Below the pieces are notes generated by a model. It had not been told where the DNA came from. It was given only the letters and a program-made list of their open reading frames with translations, and did no database searches. Shown piece after piece: positions 1 to 13,947 of a DNA stretch of 64,000 nucleotides. The position numbers and the translations under genes are program-made. Source of the stretch: Octopus sinensis (taxonomy: Eukaryota); assembly GCF_006345805.1 (NCBI RefSeq), contig NC_043004.1:64418001-64482000 (forward strand), read 5' to 3'. How positions within the stretch are numbered: the first letter of the stretch is position 1; each line of letters starts with the position of its first letter.

Positions 1-749
1 TGTGTGTGTCTGTATGGTTAGATGGATTTGTATGTGTGTGTATATATAACGTATATGTGATATATAGATACCAGCAGAAGTACTCCCATGCATGTATTTA
101 CATTTCTTAACACAGAAAAACACCCCCAAAAAATGCAGACATGCAAGCCCACCCACCATGCACATTCCACACATCTATATATAATATACACACATATAGA
201 GACAGGTAATCACCTAGATGCGTACACTTACATGTGCATGCATGGGTGTAAACGTGTATGTGTTTGTGTGTGCACTCATATACATGTGTTCATGTGTTCA
301 TGTGTGTATGTGTGTATGAAAGCATGAGTGTGTGTGTGTGTGTGCATGTTTATATAGGTCTGCGCAAAAACGTGTATGCATCTGTGTATGTGTGTGCGCA
401 TGCGTGCCTGCAAATGTGAAAAACTCTATAGAGAGAAAATGAAGAAATTTGAAAGAAAAGATGAAGTGAAGAGGAGGAAGTAGGAGAGAGACAGACAGAC
501 ATACAGAGAAAGCAAGGTGGTGGTGGTAGTGGTGGTAGTGGCGGTGGCGGTGGCGATGGTGGAGGTGGTGGTGGTGGATATGGCTTGTGAGATGATATAT
601 GAGGCCTTAGAGAGGGAAAGAGAAAGGAGACTAGAGGAAGGAGTGGGAGAAATTATAGGGTGAAATGTACCTTTGATGTAAGCCCAGGCAAAAAGGAGTG
701 GGTACATATATATATAGCACAAGGCTGAAGTATTGATAGTTATTTCCTG

Positions 750-1230
750 ACTTGGGGTAAAATGGGGATTAGGGATGTAGCATAGGTAAGAAATGTGGGG
801 ATAGTTAAGTTTTGGTATTTGGTATAGACATGGGGTGAATTGCGGGTAAGGGTTGGAAAATTGGGAATGAAATGTTGCTAAGTAATGTTGAGTTTAGAGG
901 CAAAGTTTGGGGTGAAGTGTAGTTAAGGTGAAGTTTGGGTAGTTGTTGTAGGATTGGGGTGAAATCTGGGTAGATGTTGTAAGAGTTGGGGGTAAAGTAT
1001 GGCTAACTGCTTGCAGAGTTTGTGAGAAGTATCACCAAGTATTCTAGTATTGGGGTGTGATAATGGTGGGTATTGTGGAACTAGAATGTTTCTGTGAGTA
1101 GGTATTGTGAATTAAGGGTAGCATTGTTAGTAGGTGTTGTGAATGTGGGATAGCACTAAGAGTAGATACTGTGAGTTAAAGGAATCTTTGCTGGTAGATA
1201 TTTTGAATTAGGGGTAGCATTATGGGTATG
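750..1230. repeat. Degenerate ~31-32 bp G/T-rich minisatellite
   Basis: Recurring units such as ttggggtgaaatctgggtagatgttgtaagag and ttaagggtagcattgttagtaggtgttgtgaa; C-poor on + strand. Confidence 0.6.
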
Positions 1231-1729
1231 TAATCTGGTTGGATATGACACTATGTATGTGTGCATACACTGGAGGGAGGTAAGAGTGAAACGAGGTTGT
1301 TTTAGCTGCTATTGATGGTGATATTAAAGGTAACGCCACTATTACTACTACTAGTGTTGCTGATGGTGGTGGTGGTGTCATTAGTGAAATTACACTGCTG
1401 CTGTCACTGGTACAAAAGAAGTATTGCAATGTAATTTTAAGGATCAGGAATGGAAAGGAGAAAGATGGGGAGTAGACGATGGATAGCCTGTATGGCGAAG
1501 GAAGAGGAAAGAGAGGGTGGTGGTAGTGGTGGTGGTGGTGGTGTAGTGTCTGCAAAAAATACATCACTGTGCAGTGATGAAGGCATGCAAGGGAAGAGGA
1601 ATGGTTGACTTTCAGCTTCTTTAAGCAGACTAAACATTAACTGTGAGTGTAAGCGTCTTCTAACTAGACGTACACATAGACATGCACACACACCCCTCAT
1701 AGAATAGACATGCATGTACATATGCATAT

Positions 1730-1863
1730 ACAAGCATGTATGTATATGTATATATGATATATAATATATAATATATATATATAATATAATATATATATAT
1801 ATCTATCATCACATCATCATCATTTAAAATGGAAGCGGACGTTAAATGATGATGATGATGATG

Positions 1864-1896
<33 letters not shown>

Positions 1897-2290
1897 GACA
1901 CAAATATACACATACACATGTACACACATATGCAAATATGCATACACAGACATATAGATACACACACACACACAGATGTACGAAGATGGACACACACAGA
2001 CATACATGCACACACATGCATCGATACACACATACATACACACATGTACATACATACGCATATAAATACATATACACACACACATGTACATACATACACA
2101 TACACATACATACACACACACATGTACATACATACATATACATATACACACACACATGTACATACATACATATACATATACACACACATGTACATACATA
2201 CACATACAAATACATACATACAGCATGTGTGCATCACTCTGTATATGTCTAATATACATGGACATATACATGTAGACATACATACACAGA
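1730..2290. repeat. Compound (TA)/(CA)/(CATA) microsatellite with ~38 bp higher-order units
   Basis: Repeated cacacatgtacatacata blocks; source of several spurious ORFs. Confidence 0.9.
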
Positions 2291-2294
2291 CATA

Positions 2295-2692
2295 GGCGCA
2301 GGAGTGGCTGTGTGGTAACTTGCTTATGAACTACATAGTTCCAGGTTCAGTCCCACTCTGTGGCACCTTGGGTCGACCAAAGCCTTGTGAGTGGTTTTGG
2401 TAGATAGAAACTGAAAGAAGCCCATCGTATATATGTATATATGTGTGTATATATGTATGTATGTGTGTGTGCAAATGTTTGTGTGTCTGTGTTTGTCCCC
2501 CTAGCATTGCTTGAGAACCGATGCTGGTGTGTTTACATCCCTGTAACTTAGCAGTTCGGCAAAAAAGACAGATAGAATAAGTACTAGGCTTACAAAGAAG
2601 AAGTCCTGGGGTTAATTTGTTCGACTAAAGGTGGTGCTCCAGCATGGCCACAGTCAAATGACTGAAGCAAGTAAAAGAGTAAAAGAGTAAAG
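2295..2692 (+). mobile_element. SINE family A (tRNA-like head, CR1-like 3' tail), near full length
   Basis: Head ggcgcaggagtggctgtgtggtaa...ggttcagtccc (A/B-box-like); tail ggtgctccagcatggccacagtcaaatgactgaa + (gtaaaaga)n; many copies in window. Confidence 0.85.
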
Positions 2693-2929
2693 ACATGCAC
2701 ACACACACACACACACACACAAGCACATACTCAGAAGGTTCACAGTGTTGTTGTTTAGCACTAGATTAGCTCTGAGGAGACCTATGATAAAAATATTCCA
2801 GTGGTGACCATCCCTCAAGTATTAAGGTCTGTGCTTGGAGAAGAAATGTTCAGCTAAGTAAAATTGTGGTTCTCCATGCATACAGGCATGTCCCCTACAT
2901 TCCTCTTCAGCAGAGTGATCCTAATCTTG

Positions 2930-3090
2930 CATGGATGTTGGTGCCACATAAAAAGCACTCATATCTGTAAAGTGGTTGGCATTAGGAAGGGCATCCAGCC
3001 ATAGAAACCCTGCCACCCTCTGTCAAACTGTCCCCCATCCCATGCCATCATGGAAAACAGACATTAAATGATAATGATGATGATGATGCA
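2930..3090 (+). mobile_element. Family B short retroelement 3' part (RTE-type tail)
   Basis: gttggcattaggaagggcatccagcc...catggaaaacagacattaaa(tga)n. Confidence 0.75.
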
Positions 3091-3112
3091 TGTATGTAAG
3101 TATGTATGTATG

Positions 3113-3179
<67 letters not shown>

Positions 3180-3286
3180 TGAGGGAGATAAATTAATTTT
3201 AATATCAATTTAAAACCAGTAGTCCAGCATTCAAAAAATCTGAGGAGTCAGAGAAAATTCAAATATATGTGTATATTGGCAAATAT

Positions 3287-3324
<38 letters not shown>

Positions 3325-3326
<2 letters not shown>

Positions 3327-3460
3327 TTTTTTTCCTTTCCAATGAAGAGCTATGCTTAAAACATCGAAAACTCCCTCTATTTACTGAGCATCAAACCAAA
3401 AATGCCATGTGCACATCCTCTTGTTTGTTATTGTTATTTTTAATGTTCATTTATTTAATT
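3325..3460 (+). mobile_element. Degenerate copy of minimal-hammerhead element (sibling of 22835-23000)
   Basis: tttccaatgaagagctatgcttaaaacatcgaaaactc is a decayed tttCTGACGAAGAGCTATGCTCGAAACGTC; downstream sequence matches the reverse complement of 22850-22925. Confidence 0.55.
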
Positions 3461-3476
3461 TAACTATAGAATATAT

Positions 3477-3785
3477 GTGGAGGCGCAATGGCCCAGTGGT
3501 TAGGGCAGTGGACTCGTGGTCAGAGGATTGCGATTTTGATTCCCAGACCGGGCGTTGTGTGTGTTTATTGAGTGAAAACAACTAAAGCTCCACAAGGCTC
3601 CGGCAGGGGGTGGTGGCGAGCCCTGTTGTACTTCTTGCCCTGACTTTCTCTTACTCTTTGTTCCTGTTATTTTGAGTAACGCTGCAATGGACTGGCATAC
3701 CGTCCAGCTGGGGGGAACACATACGCAGAAACTGGGAAACCGGGCCCTTGAGCCTGGCTAGGCTTGAAAAGGGCGCATAAATAAT
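3477..3785 (+). mobile_element. SINE family D, variant with V-domain-like 3' body
   Basis: tRNA-like head gtggaggcgcaatggcccagtggttagggcag shared with 15616 and 55482; 3' part gcaatggactggcataccgtccag differs from those copies. Confidence 0.8.
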
Positions 3786-4157
3786 AAAATATACATATAT
3801 ATATATACACAAATATATATACATACATATGTTTTTATGTATGTATATCTGCATGTATGCATATGTGGATATATTATAATGTTTATATATAATATATATA
3901 TATATATAATATTTATATGTATGTATACCTGCATGTATGCAGATGTGTCTGTGTGTGTATATACATATATATATTTATATATAAATTCAAATATATACCA
4001 TACAGAATTAAAAAAAAGCCACTATCCATATAAAAGTTTTTTGCTGGCAAACTTTGAGCTTGCTTCTTTCCCACTTTATAAAGATGACTACAATTGTGTA
4101 CGCTTCCTTCTGTCAGACATTATTTCTTGACAAATACACATTTAATTTAATTAGAAC

Positions 4158-4290
4158 GTGCATATGTATATAATAAAGAGTACATATAAAGAGTACATAT
4201 GTATGTAATAAAGAGTACATGTGTATGTAATAAAGAGTACATATGTATGTAATAACAAGTACGTATGTATGTCAGCATACATGTATGTAA
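4158..4290. repeat. ~22 bp tandem repeat (gtacatatgtatgtaataaaga)
   Basis: About 5 imperfect copies visible. Confidence 0.8.
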
Positions 4291-5412
4291 ACATATCCGT
4301 CTGTGAGCGTGTGGGGCTTACGCAGTTCCTGGTTTAACAACAACCACACATGGTCTTCGGCTGCTGTTTTTTTTCTCTTTTCAAAGTTCTATCTGCTACA
4401 GGAATTTATACCAAACATCCGGTTCTTTCTCTGCTTGCATCTTGCCTATAGACATTAACCTTAACCTGCAGATGTTTAGGTTGGGCATTGACCACATCTC
4501 TCTCACCTGTCTGAGAGTGCAACATGCAAAAGTTCATACCAAAATATAAAAGTATATGTGTGTATGTATGTATGCATGTAGATATGGATATGTACCAACA
4601 TTTGAATACATGTAGAGATGTGTGTGTATGTGTGTATGTGTGTATATCTGAATGTATACATATACCAACACTTAAATACACATACAGATGTGTGTGCGTT
4701 TGTGCATAAATAGATATAAATATATACATACTCATGCATTTATAGATAACTACATAAAAACGTACACATACACATACACATATACTGCCACAAAAAGACA
4801 CACTGAAACAAATACACACACACACATACAAATAACCATGACAGCTATTGCATAGATACACATACATATGCACAATTATGCACACACACACACACACACA
4901 CACACAACATGCATCGTAGCAATTTACAAAATAATAAATTACAACTCTGGAAGCCAGTAAAAACAGCCAACCCTCCCTCTTTCTGTTTCCTGTTTCTGTC
5001 TCTCCCTTTCTCTACCTTCTCTTCATCATTCTTCACAACTCCCTCTAATCAGTCCTCACCCTTAAATCAGCCTTCCCCCCCCCGCCACCGCCACCACCAC
5101 CACCTCTACTGTTCTTTACAATCTTGAGGAGAGGGTTGCACTCGTTTATCATTGGTTGTCAGTCTCATTTAAGGAAAGCCAAGCAGGAGGTTCACATTTA
5201 ACTAATTATAAGATTAAAACTATACATACACTCACTCATATACTTATACACACACACGCACACACACACACACGCACACACACACACACACACGCACACA
5301 CGCACACACATGTGTATTTTATATTTCAATAAATAAACCTAAAGGCAAAAGAAAGATTGTAGCCAAGATAAAAATACAAATGAAATATCTGATTTATAAA
5401 CCACAGGGAGCA

Positions 5413-5460
<48 letters not shown>

Positions 5461-5472
5461 CAATAATAACAA

Positions 5473-5760
5473 CGGTATAAGGCCAGCAATTTCAGAGGAG
5501 GGATGACCCCAAAAGGATAAAAGGCAAATTCAGCAGAATTTGAACCCAGATAGTAAAGACAAACAAAATGCTGCACAAGGCTTGAAATTTGGGAGAAGGG
5601 GACAATTGATTACACTGACCCCAATAACTGACAACTACTTTATTTTATTGATCCCCTCCAAAAGAATGAAAAGCAAAATTAACCTGAGCAAGATTTCAAC
5701 TCAGAATATAAGGAGGAGATAGAAACAAATATAAAGCAGGGCATTTTGTCCATTGCTCCA
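5473..5760 (-). mobile_element. SINE family E (Nin/Deu-domain-like), two partial copies after (AAT)n
   Basis: gaccccaaaaggataaaaggcaaa...gaatttgaac is the reverse of gcctttcatcctttcggggtc. Confidence 0.65.
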
Positions 5761-6114
5761 CTAAGTTTATCAATCCACTACAACATTGTCCAGTGTTCTG
5801 TCACTTCTAACAAGCCATTGCTACCTTCATTAATGCTTGATTTTATTTTGGACTGGATCAGTCTCAATACAAATAGCTGTCTTGTTTGTGCCATCATTCT
5901 ACTACCTTTAAATGTACGCACACTTGTGTATTTAAAGTATATGTATAAAATAGAGGCAAACACTTTTTCTCCATGTGATCAGCTTGAAAAATTGTTAAGA
6001 CACTGGGATATTTTCCTACCTACATGAAACTAATGGTAGCCTTAATTCACAAATAAAGAAATCATATCCACCAATGTGGTATTGAGTACTTATTTTTATC
6101 ATTCATTTTTATCA

Positions 6115-6456
6115 TGCCTCCACCAATAACACCAACGTCCTCTCAACGATTACCCAGAAATAATTTTTAAAATATGAATATCTGAAATAAACTCGACTGC
6201 TCTCACAAATGAAAATACCAAAACTCAACAACTCTCAAAAATTAAGTAAAAAAACAGGAAAAGTAATCCAGAATCCTTGTCTGGTATCAGATCGATCCCA
6301 AAATCTAATCAGTTTGTGCCAGTTATGAGGCCAAACATTCCTGGAAATTTCATCAGAATCCATGCAGCAGTTCTTGAGATATCTTGTCCACGAACAAACA
6401 AACAAACAAACATGACTGAAAACAATACCTCTGCCTTAGTGAAGGCAGAGGTAATA
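6115..6456. mobile_element. Helentron/HINE-like non-autonomous element
   Basis: Homologous to 51611-51973 and 63515-63690; terminal hairpin acctctgccttagtgaaggcagaggt preceded by (aaac)n. Confidence 0.65.
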
Positions 6457-6557
6457 AGGAGTGAATATTCAAAAGCAAATATTTATAAAAACATTATTAT
6501 TATTGTTACTACTATTTACAGTAAATATAAATTGATAATAACAACAACAATAATATA

Positions 6558-6915
6558 GGTCACTAGCGGCCATGCTGGGGCACTACACTGAAGAATTCTT
6601 TTTATAGCCAGATGAATCAACCCTAATACCTTTTTTAAAGCCTGGTATTTGTTCTATTGGTCTCTTTTGCTGAACCACCAAGTTACAGGAATGTAAACAC
6701 ACCAACACCAATTGTCAAGCAATGGAGGGGACACACACACACACACAGATATATATATGATGGGCTTCTTTCAATTTCCATCTACCAAATCCACTCACAA
6801 GGTTTCGGTCAGCCTGGGGCTATAGTAGAAGACACTTGACCAAGGTGCCATGTAGTGGAACTTGAATCTAGAACCATGTGGTTAGGAAAGAAGCTTCTTA
6901 CCACACATCCTCACC
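6558..6915 (-). mobile_element. SINE family A, degenerate
   Basis: gcggccatgctggggcac...ctaccaaatccactcacaagg...accatgtggtt. Confidence 0.8.
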
Positions 6916-6919
6916 TGCA

Positions 6920-7205
6920 TCATTATCATCATCATCCTCATCATTTAATGTCTGTTGTCCATGCTGGCATGGGTTGGACAGTTTGACAGAAGCTGGCATA
7001 TGCAGGAACGCTGCACCAGACTCCAGTCTGATTTGGCATGGTTTTCTGTGGTTGCTTGCCCTCCTTAACGCCAACCACCCTGAGAGTCTAATGGGTGCTT
7101 TTACTTGCCACCGACATGGATGTCATTTGCGTGACACTAGGGTGCTTTTACGTGCCAGCAGCACAGGTGCCAATTTGTGTGACACTGGTATCTGCCACGA
7201 CTGTG
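6920..7205 (-). mobile_element. Family B element
   Basis: (cat)n-tttaatgtc..ccatgctggcatgggttggaca...ggtgcttttacgtgcca. Confidence 0.75.
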
Positions 7206-7242
7206 ATATACACACACATACGCACATTCAACTGCATGTATA

Positions 7243-7280
<38 letters not shown>

Positions 7281-7513
7281 CACACCATACATACATACAT
7301 ACATACATGTATGCATACAGACACACACACATACATGCTGAGGATCAGATAGGACACACATACATACACCCAAACACACAATGTTCCAGAAGCATCTGTT
7401 TATTGAACAAACATCTTTGATATAGGAGATGAGGAGAGTGGAGTGGAGGTAGGTAGATGGAGGATATATATATAGAATATATATATATATATATATATAA
7501 TATATAATAATAT

Positions 7514-7655
7514 TAGGGAGTATAACTCCAAACTTACAGGGAAAAATTCAATTTAGTATTAAATCAAATTTCACAATATGAATATATAATTATATTAATA
7601 TATTGGTTTATGTCTATCATTGTTTGAATTACATAATAGTGGTTTTTCTCTAATT

Positions 7656-7688
<33 letters not shown>

Positions 7689-7880
7689 AGTAAAAATATA
7701 TGATTACAAACAAACATATATGTACGTACCTACATGTATATATACATGCATATATAAATATATATACGTGAGTACAGGACACCACAACTAGATGTAGAAC
7801 TCAACGAGAAACGAAAACGGGAAAGCCATTTTTTTACAACAGAAAAACAGAGATGTGGAACTCAACAAGAAACATCTTTA
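7514..7880. mobile_element. TA-embedded unclassified repeat, related in opposite orientation to 41210-41460
   Basis: gagtacaggacacca and gtacgtacctac are reverse complements of tggtgtcctgtactc and gtaggtacgtac at 41370-41425. Confidence 0.5.
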
Positions 7881-9314
7881 TTACCATCTAAATTTTGGGA
7901 GATAAGGTTTTTCTCTCTCTCTCTCTCCTCCTATCTAAAAGGCCATCAAATGTATATTAAAGCAGCTGACCATACTCTACAGGAACCCAGTGTTCTGCCA
8001 AAATATGCAAAGATATACTGATTGTGGTGCATTCAACAATGAGCCACATGCACAAGTGTGCATGCACTCAAGCATGCTGAATAAATCAAAATGCCACACC
8101 ATGTTTGAGACCCCCTCCCCTCCCCAAAGAAATAAACGTTACCTTCCCTTTCACCATCCCCTCTTCTACCTTCCAGTTCTCTCTCAACACCACTATCTCC
8201 CACCCCCTCTTTCACCCCCTCTCTCCCCTCTCTCTCCCACTCTCTTCCAGTCTTAACCATCCTTATATATAAATAGTGGGCTGGTGGGGCACATTAGCTA
8301 AAGTTCCCTTCTGTATTAAAATGGTAGGGCATAATTTGAGGAAAATTTGACTGTTATTTCTAGCAGGTTGAAAAACTATCGATGCTGTCTTGTTGGTTCA
8401 TTGGTAGGGGAAGGTAACCGAGGTGGTGTTAGTGATGAGAGTAACGAGTAATCATAGAGGTGGTGGTGGTGGTGGTGGTGGTGGTGGTGTGGTGTGGTGG
8501 TGGTGTGGTGGTGTGGTGTGGTGTGGTGTGGTGTGGTGGGGGTGGTGGTGGTGTCCTCTGATGCTATGAGAATAGTATGATGGTGTTGTAATGTTAGTGT
8601 TAGTCTAGATGATAATAATGTGGTACTGTTGTTGTTGTTGTTGCTATATTTTTTAGTCAGGATGATGGTGGTGGTGATGATAATGATGATGATGGTGGTG
8701 ATGATAATGAAGAAAGATGAGTGAATGGACTAAGAAATAGATAACATCCCTTTGCTAATAAATTACTCAAAATCACACACAAACAGCCACACACCCAGAT
8801 GCGGTTTTTGCATCTTTCTTCTCCTTCCTGCATTCCTTTCTTCTTTCCCCCCCCCCCCACCAAACTCTATTCACTCTTTGCAACAACACCATCATCTAGC
8901 CATTCCATCGCTTCATTTCTTCCATTCTATATTATTTCTATATTCCTACATACATCATCTCTCACATCTTCGAAAACAAATTTTTTTTTTTAAATCTTTA
9001 ACTTAACATTCCATTGCCTCTCATTTCTGCTATTCTACACAACCATATTCCATTTATATTTCTAAACACATTTACTCTTCTGGAAGACATCAGTTTTGAA
9101 TAGTATTCTATACTTCTGGTTTTTTTTTTTTGTTTTGTTTTTTTCTTATTTTCTGCCTATTATTCCATTCATCAAAACAACACACAATAAATTTTTCCTT
9201 TTTCTTTTCCTTGAGCACCGAGACTCCGAAGGCCAGTTTACCCAGTTTTCATGACATATAAATGGACGAGATCACAATATTCTCCTAAACAGGTTGCCAG
9301 ACCACTGATAGATT

Positions 9315-9480
9315 CAAGGTCAGCAATTTTGAGAGAAGGTGCATGTCATTTCTACCACCCCCACAACCTGCATTTCATTGGTACTTTTATTGACCCTGAA
9401 GAGATGAAAGGCTAAATTACCCTAAACAGGGATTTAAGCTCAAGATGTAAAGGACTGGAAGAACTGCCTTTAAGCATTTC
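9315..9480 (-). mobile_element. SINE family E, degenerate
   Basis: ggtacttttattgaccctgaagagatgaaaggc. Confidence 0.6.
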
Positions 9481-9644
9481 ACCCAACATGATCACAATTC
9501 TGCCAGCTCGCAGCCTTCGTACAATAAATATCTGATCTATACTGACCGTGTGATAAAACAGATATCACATGATACAGTACATTCATATTTAATGTCATCA
9601 TTCTGTGATCATTTTCATAATTAAATTCGCCACTACCTACATCA

Positions 9645-9965
9645 ATATCATCATTTACTATCCATCTTTCATGTTGGCATGGGTTAGACAGTTTGATTGC
9701 TACCGGTAAACAGGAGAGCTGCACCAGGCTCCAGTATGACGTTGGCTTGGTTTCTATGGTCAGATGCCCTTCCTAATACCAACCACTCCACAGAGTGTAT
9801 CTGGTGCCCTTTACATGTCACTGGCATGGGTAACTCTCATGTGTCCCCAACACTGGCCACCACTATGATTCCTCTTAGCCTGACATGTCTTCTCAAGCAT
9901 AGAATATTGCTAAAAGTCTCAGTCACGTGACATTGCCTCCATCAGACTCAACATCTGAAGATGTG
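9645..9965 (-). mobile_element. Family B element, degenerate
   Basis: catgttggcatgggttagaca...gatgcccttcctaataccaaccactcc. Confidence 0.7.
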
Positions 9966-9979
9966 TGTTTTAACCAATC

Positions 9980-10390
9980 TTTTATCTTTTTACTTGTATT
10001 AACCACTGGACTTTGGTCATGCTGGAGCACTGCCTTATAGGGACTATTCTATGGGGCTCTTTTGCCAAACTATGAAATTATGGGGAATGTAAATATACCA
10101 ACACTGGTTGTCAAGTGGGGACGTTAAACACAAAGATGCACACACACACACGTCAACTGAGTATATACACACACACACACGTATGTATACACACACACAC
10201 ACATGTATGTACACACACTCACTCACAACAGGCTTCCATACAGTTTCCACCTAGTTTCCACCTACCAAATTCACTTATAAGGCATTGGCTATAGTAGATA
10301 CTTACCCAAGGGGCTGTACAGTGGAAATGGACCCAGAACTTTTTGGCTGCAAAGCAACCTTCTTAACCACACAGCTATGCCTTTGCTTGT
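9980..10390 (-). mobile_element. SINE family A, degenerate
   Basis: ggtcatgctggagcactgcc...ctaccaaattcac...aaccacacagcta. Confidence 0.75.
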
Positions 10391-10529
10391 AAAATAAATT
10401 TCTAAAAATTCTAGGAATAAAATTCCCTTTTTTTTTTATTAGATTCCAAATACCAGTTTGCTAATATATCTTAACACTAGGTTCTTCCTTAGGCACCTTT
10501 GATTTAAATATTGGGTTCAAATTTTAGCA

Positions 10530-10655
10530 CAAGGCTTTGGTCGGCCCGAGGCTATAGTAGAAGACACTTGCCCAAGGTGCTACACAGTGGGACTGAACCC
10601 AGAACCATGTGGTTCGTAAGCAAGCTACTTACCACACAGCCACTCTTGCACCTAT
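10530..10655 (-). mobile_element. SINE family A 5' half
   Basis: acaaggctttggtcggcccgaggctatagtagaagacacttgcccaagg...accacacagccactc. Confidence 0.8.
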
Positions 10656-10688
10656 AAAATATGTCCCAATATTTCCAAGAGGATCACA

Positions 10689-10874
10689 TTAACCATTTAG
10701 CTTTCAGATTACTCAATCAAAAAGAATTCTAGTTTACTCACACTGCTCTAAACCACTGATGCGTTATCCTGTCCCAATCCCTGAGTTAATAACAACGAAG
10801 ATACTTTACTAAATTCTTTGTTATTTCTATATTTAATTTTGTTTCAACAGAAATATGATAACGTAAAGGTTAAA
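10689..10874. mobile_element. TTAA-flanked MITE-like remnant
   Basis: ttaaccatttag...aaaggttaa termini; interior similar to the 30430-31080 elements. Confidence 0.4.
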
Positions 10875-11957
10875 TGTTCAATTTGCAACTGACCTTGTCT
10901 ATCCGCAGCTGGTCTCAAATCAAAGCTAGTCAATAATATATTCATTGCCACTTGAAAGTAAACATACCTGCCAATCTTGTGATAAATGTCGTCTTTCTAA
11001 TAGTTGTCTGGGGAGACATATGCCTGTAAACAACGCCAGTTGTTATGATTCTGTGTGTCCTTTAATTGAGAAGAGACATTTATGAGATAATTATAGTAAA
11101 AACTGCAAATTCTCAGCTGAGCAAAAAAAACCTATCTTTGCTCCGTGGCTCATTAAAAAGCAATGGTTATACACATTACTGAGTTTGCTTCCATCACATA
11201 AAGAATTCTTGGATCTATTGAATGATCTATGGAGAAAAGATTCTTAATGAATTGAACATTTTTTAGTAATTGAATAAAAGAAGCAAAAACCTAACAACTT
11301 TGTTAGCAACTCACAAACCGCCATTTATCATTTATCAGACATGATGAGTGTCTCTTTTCCAAAAATTCCTGAGAAAGAATTTGCGCTTATGTCAACAGTT
11401 CAAAATTAGTTCACTGCTTTTTGTTTTTCTGATTGGCCCATTAAGTGCAAATATTTGTGGCCATCTGCCTTTGATAGAAATGATATTAATTATTATGATG
11501 ACAAAAGTCGTTGCCACTGGGATGGAGCGATTACAACAACATACAGTATTTGTTTGCTAATTAGATAAAGGGAAGAAATAAAGCAGGCTATATCTAGTAA
11601 ATATAAATGTTCCTTAGTTGCATCAATGCTGCTCAATGCCACTGGACAGAATAAGAGAGTGATACTGTTGGAAGGTAACAAAATTACTGTGATCTGTGAT
11701 TGACAGCTGATGAAGACAATGTCCTGCAGTTCATGTTGTATGTGATTTCCCTCTTTCTCATCTGCTTACACATTATGCATGCGCGTGCGTGTGTGTGTGT
11801 GTGTGTGTGCGCGTGTGTGTGTGAATTTGCTTTGCAACCACATGTTTGCCATTGCAGTTCTGTAGAACAGTAATTTGAGCATCTTCTGCTACTGCTCCAG
11901 CCTAACCAATGCCTTGTGCATGAATTTTGTTGCCAACATTTGTATAAAGCCCATTGG

Positions 11958-11967
11958 AGATAGATAG

Positions 11968-12052
<85 letters not shown>

Positions 12053-12124
12053 ATAATGAGATTGCTAGATAGATTGATTGATAGATAGATTGATAGATAG
12101 ATAGATATATAGATAGATAGATAC

Positions 12125-12213
<89 letters not shown>

Positions 12214-12380
12214 CAGAGAGAGAGATATAGATAGATAGATAGATCGATAGATAGATAGATAGATAGGTACAGAAAGATATAGATAGACAGATAGATACAG
12301 ACAGATACAGACAGATACATACAGAGAGAGAGATATAGACAGATAGATGTAGATAGATTGATAGAGAGAGAGAGAGAGAG
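11958..12380. repeat. (GATA)n/(GACA)n/(GA)n microsatellite
   Basis: Direct inspection. Confidence 0.95.
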
Positions 12381-12439
12381 ATGCTTGTAAGTGTTTACAT
12401 TCTGTGCTTAGCTTGAAAAATCCCAGAGCCTCAGATGGT

Positions 12440-12630
12440 AATGTTTATTGATATTTTCTTGTCAACAAATCATCCCATAGCTGTGCATGTTCAAAGGCAA
12501 GGAGAACAAAAACTCCCTCACTTGGAAAACAGATAAAGGTTAGAGACAGGAAAGGCATCTGACTGTAAAACAATACCTTGACACCATGTTTGTCTAAACC
12601 CATGATAGCATGAAAAGAAAACTTGAAGTA
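12440..12630 (+). mobile_element. Family B element, old copy
   Basis: gacaggaaaggcatctgactgtaaaa...aacccatgatagcatgaaaa. Confidence 0.55.
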
Positions 12631-13564
12631 CACAAATAAGTGTGCATATAAGTGTGTGCATGAGGATTATTTATATATGCATGTGTGTGTATGTTGCATA
12701 CATATATATGTATTACTTGGGTGTGCATACATGTGAGTGTTTGTGTATGGGTTTATTCAGAGAGAAAGGTATGACTGCAAAAGCTGCTGCTGCTGCTGGT
12801 GGTGGTGGTGTTGCAAACGTGATTATCTTGCTAGAGTGATCTCTGTTCGTTACTAGGCTGTAATCATTCCCGTTTGACGTTCCGTTACTACATCCCAACA
12901 TCCTCACTGAGATAATACACAACATTTTAGTTAGCTGGAAATGAAGAAGAAAATTCTAATTAATTCATTAATTGGAATTTATTTATATTTCTTGTCCATT
13001 TCTTTAGTTATACATGTGTGTGTCTGTATTTGCATGTCTGTGTGTGTAAGGGTTATGTGATCTCACACAAAATTCACATTGTACAGCGTGTTTCTGTAAG
13101 CATAAGGACCAGTGTGTGTGTTTTAATATGGGTATAAAGGTTATCATTTTGCACAATTCTTCTTGTACAGGGCATTTGTGTCAGCACAAGAACATACATT
13201 GTGTGTGCATATGTTTGCTTATGTATGTACCTATGTGTATGCAGGGGTGTATGTATGGCCATGCTTGTGTTTGTGTGCATGTATATGTGCTTCTATGGAT
13301 TCAACCGTTCGTATGTGTGTCTATGTATATGCGTGCATAAATATATTAGTCTGTGTTTGTGTATGTGTTTGTGTGTGGAAATTTTCTGGAGGTTTATATT
13401 TCTATTTGTCTTGCTGTTGTTGCTGCACCTTAATTAAAATATTTCTCTATTTACCACATTTATTGTCAAACACCTGCTGTATGGTCCTTACGCTGGTTCA
13501 GTCGAGTCAGCAGGAACAGCTGAAACACATATGCATGCACATTAATACGCATACCTTTTGTGTG

Positions 13565-13603
<39 letters not shown>

Positions 13604-13904
13604 TATATATATATATATATACCTACACACACACACATATATATAAATCAATTTAGCTCTAAAGTTATGATAATTCACTCAAGACCTAAGAGTTTCATGT
13701 GTTGCATTTATTAGACCTTGAGTCAGTTATCTAACTTTACAGCTGAATAAAAAGATGTGAGTGTGTGTATATATCTATTGAGTTCTATTTTTCCTGTTTG
13801 TATCAAGAAACCTATATATACATATGTATATGTGTGTGTATGTGTTTATAGATAGATAGATACATACATACATATGCATATCTATATCTATATCTATATC
13901 TATA

Positions 13905-13947
<43 letters not shown>

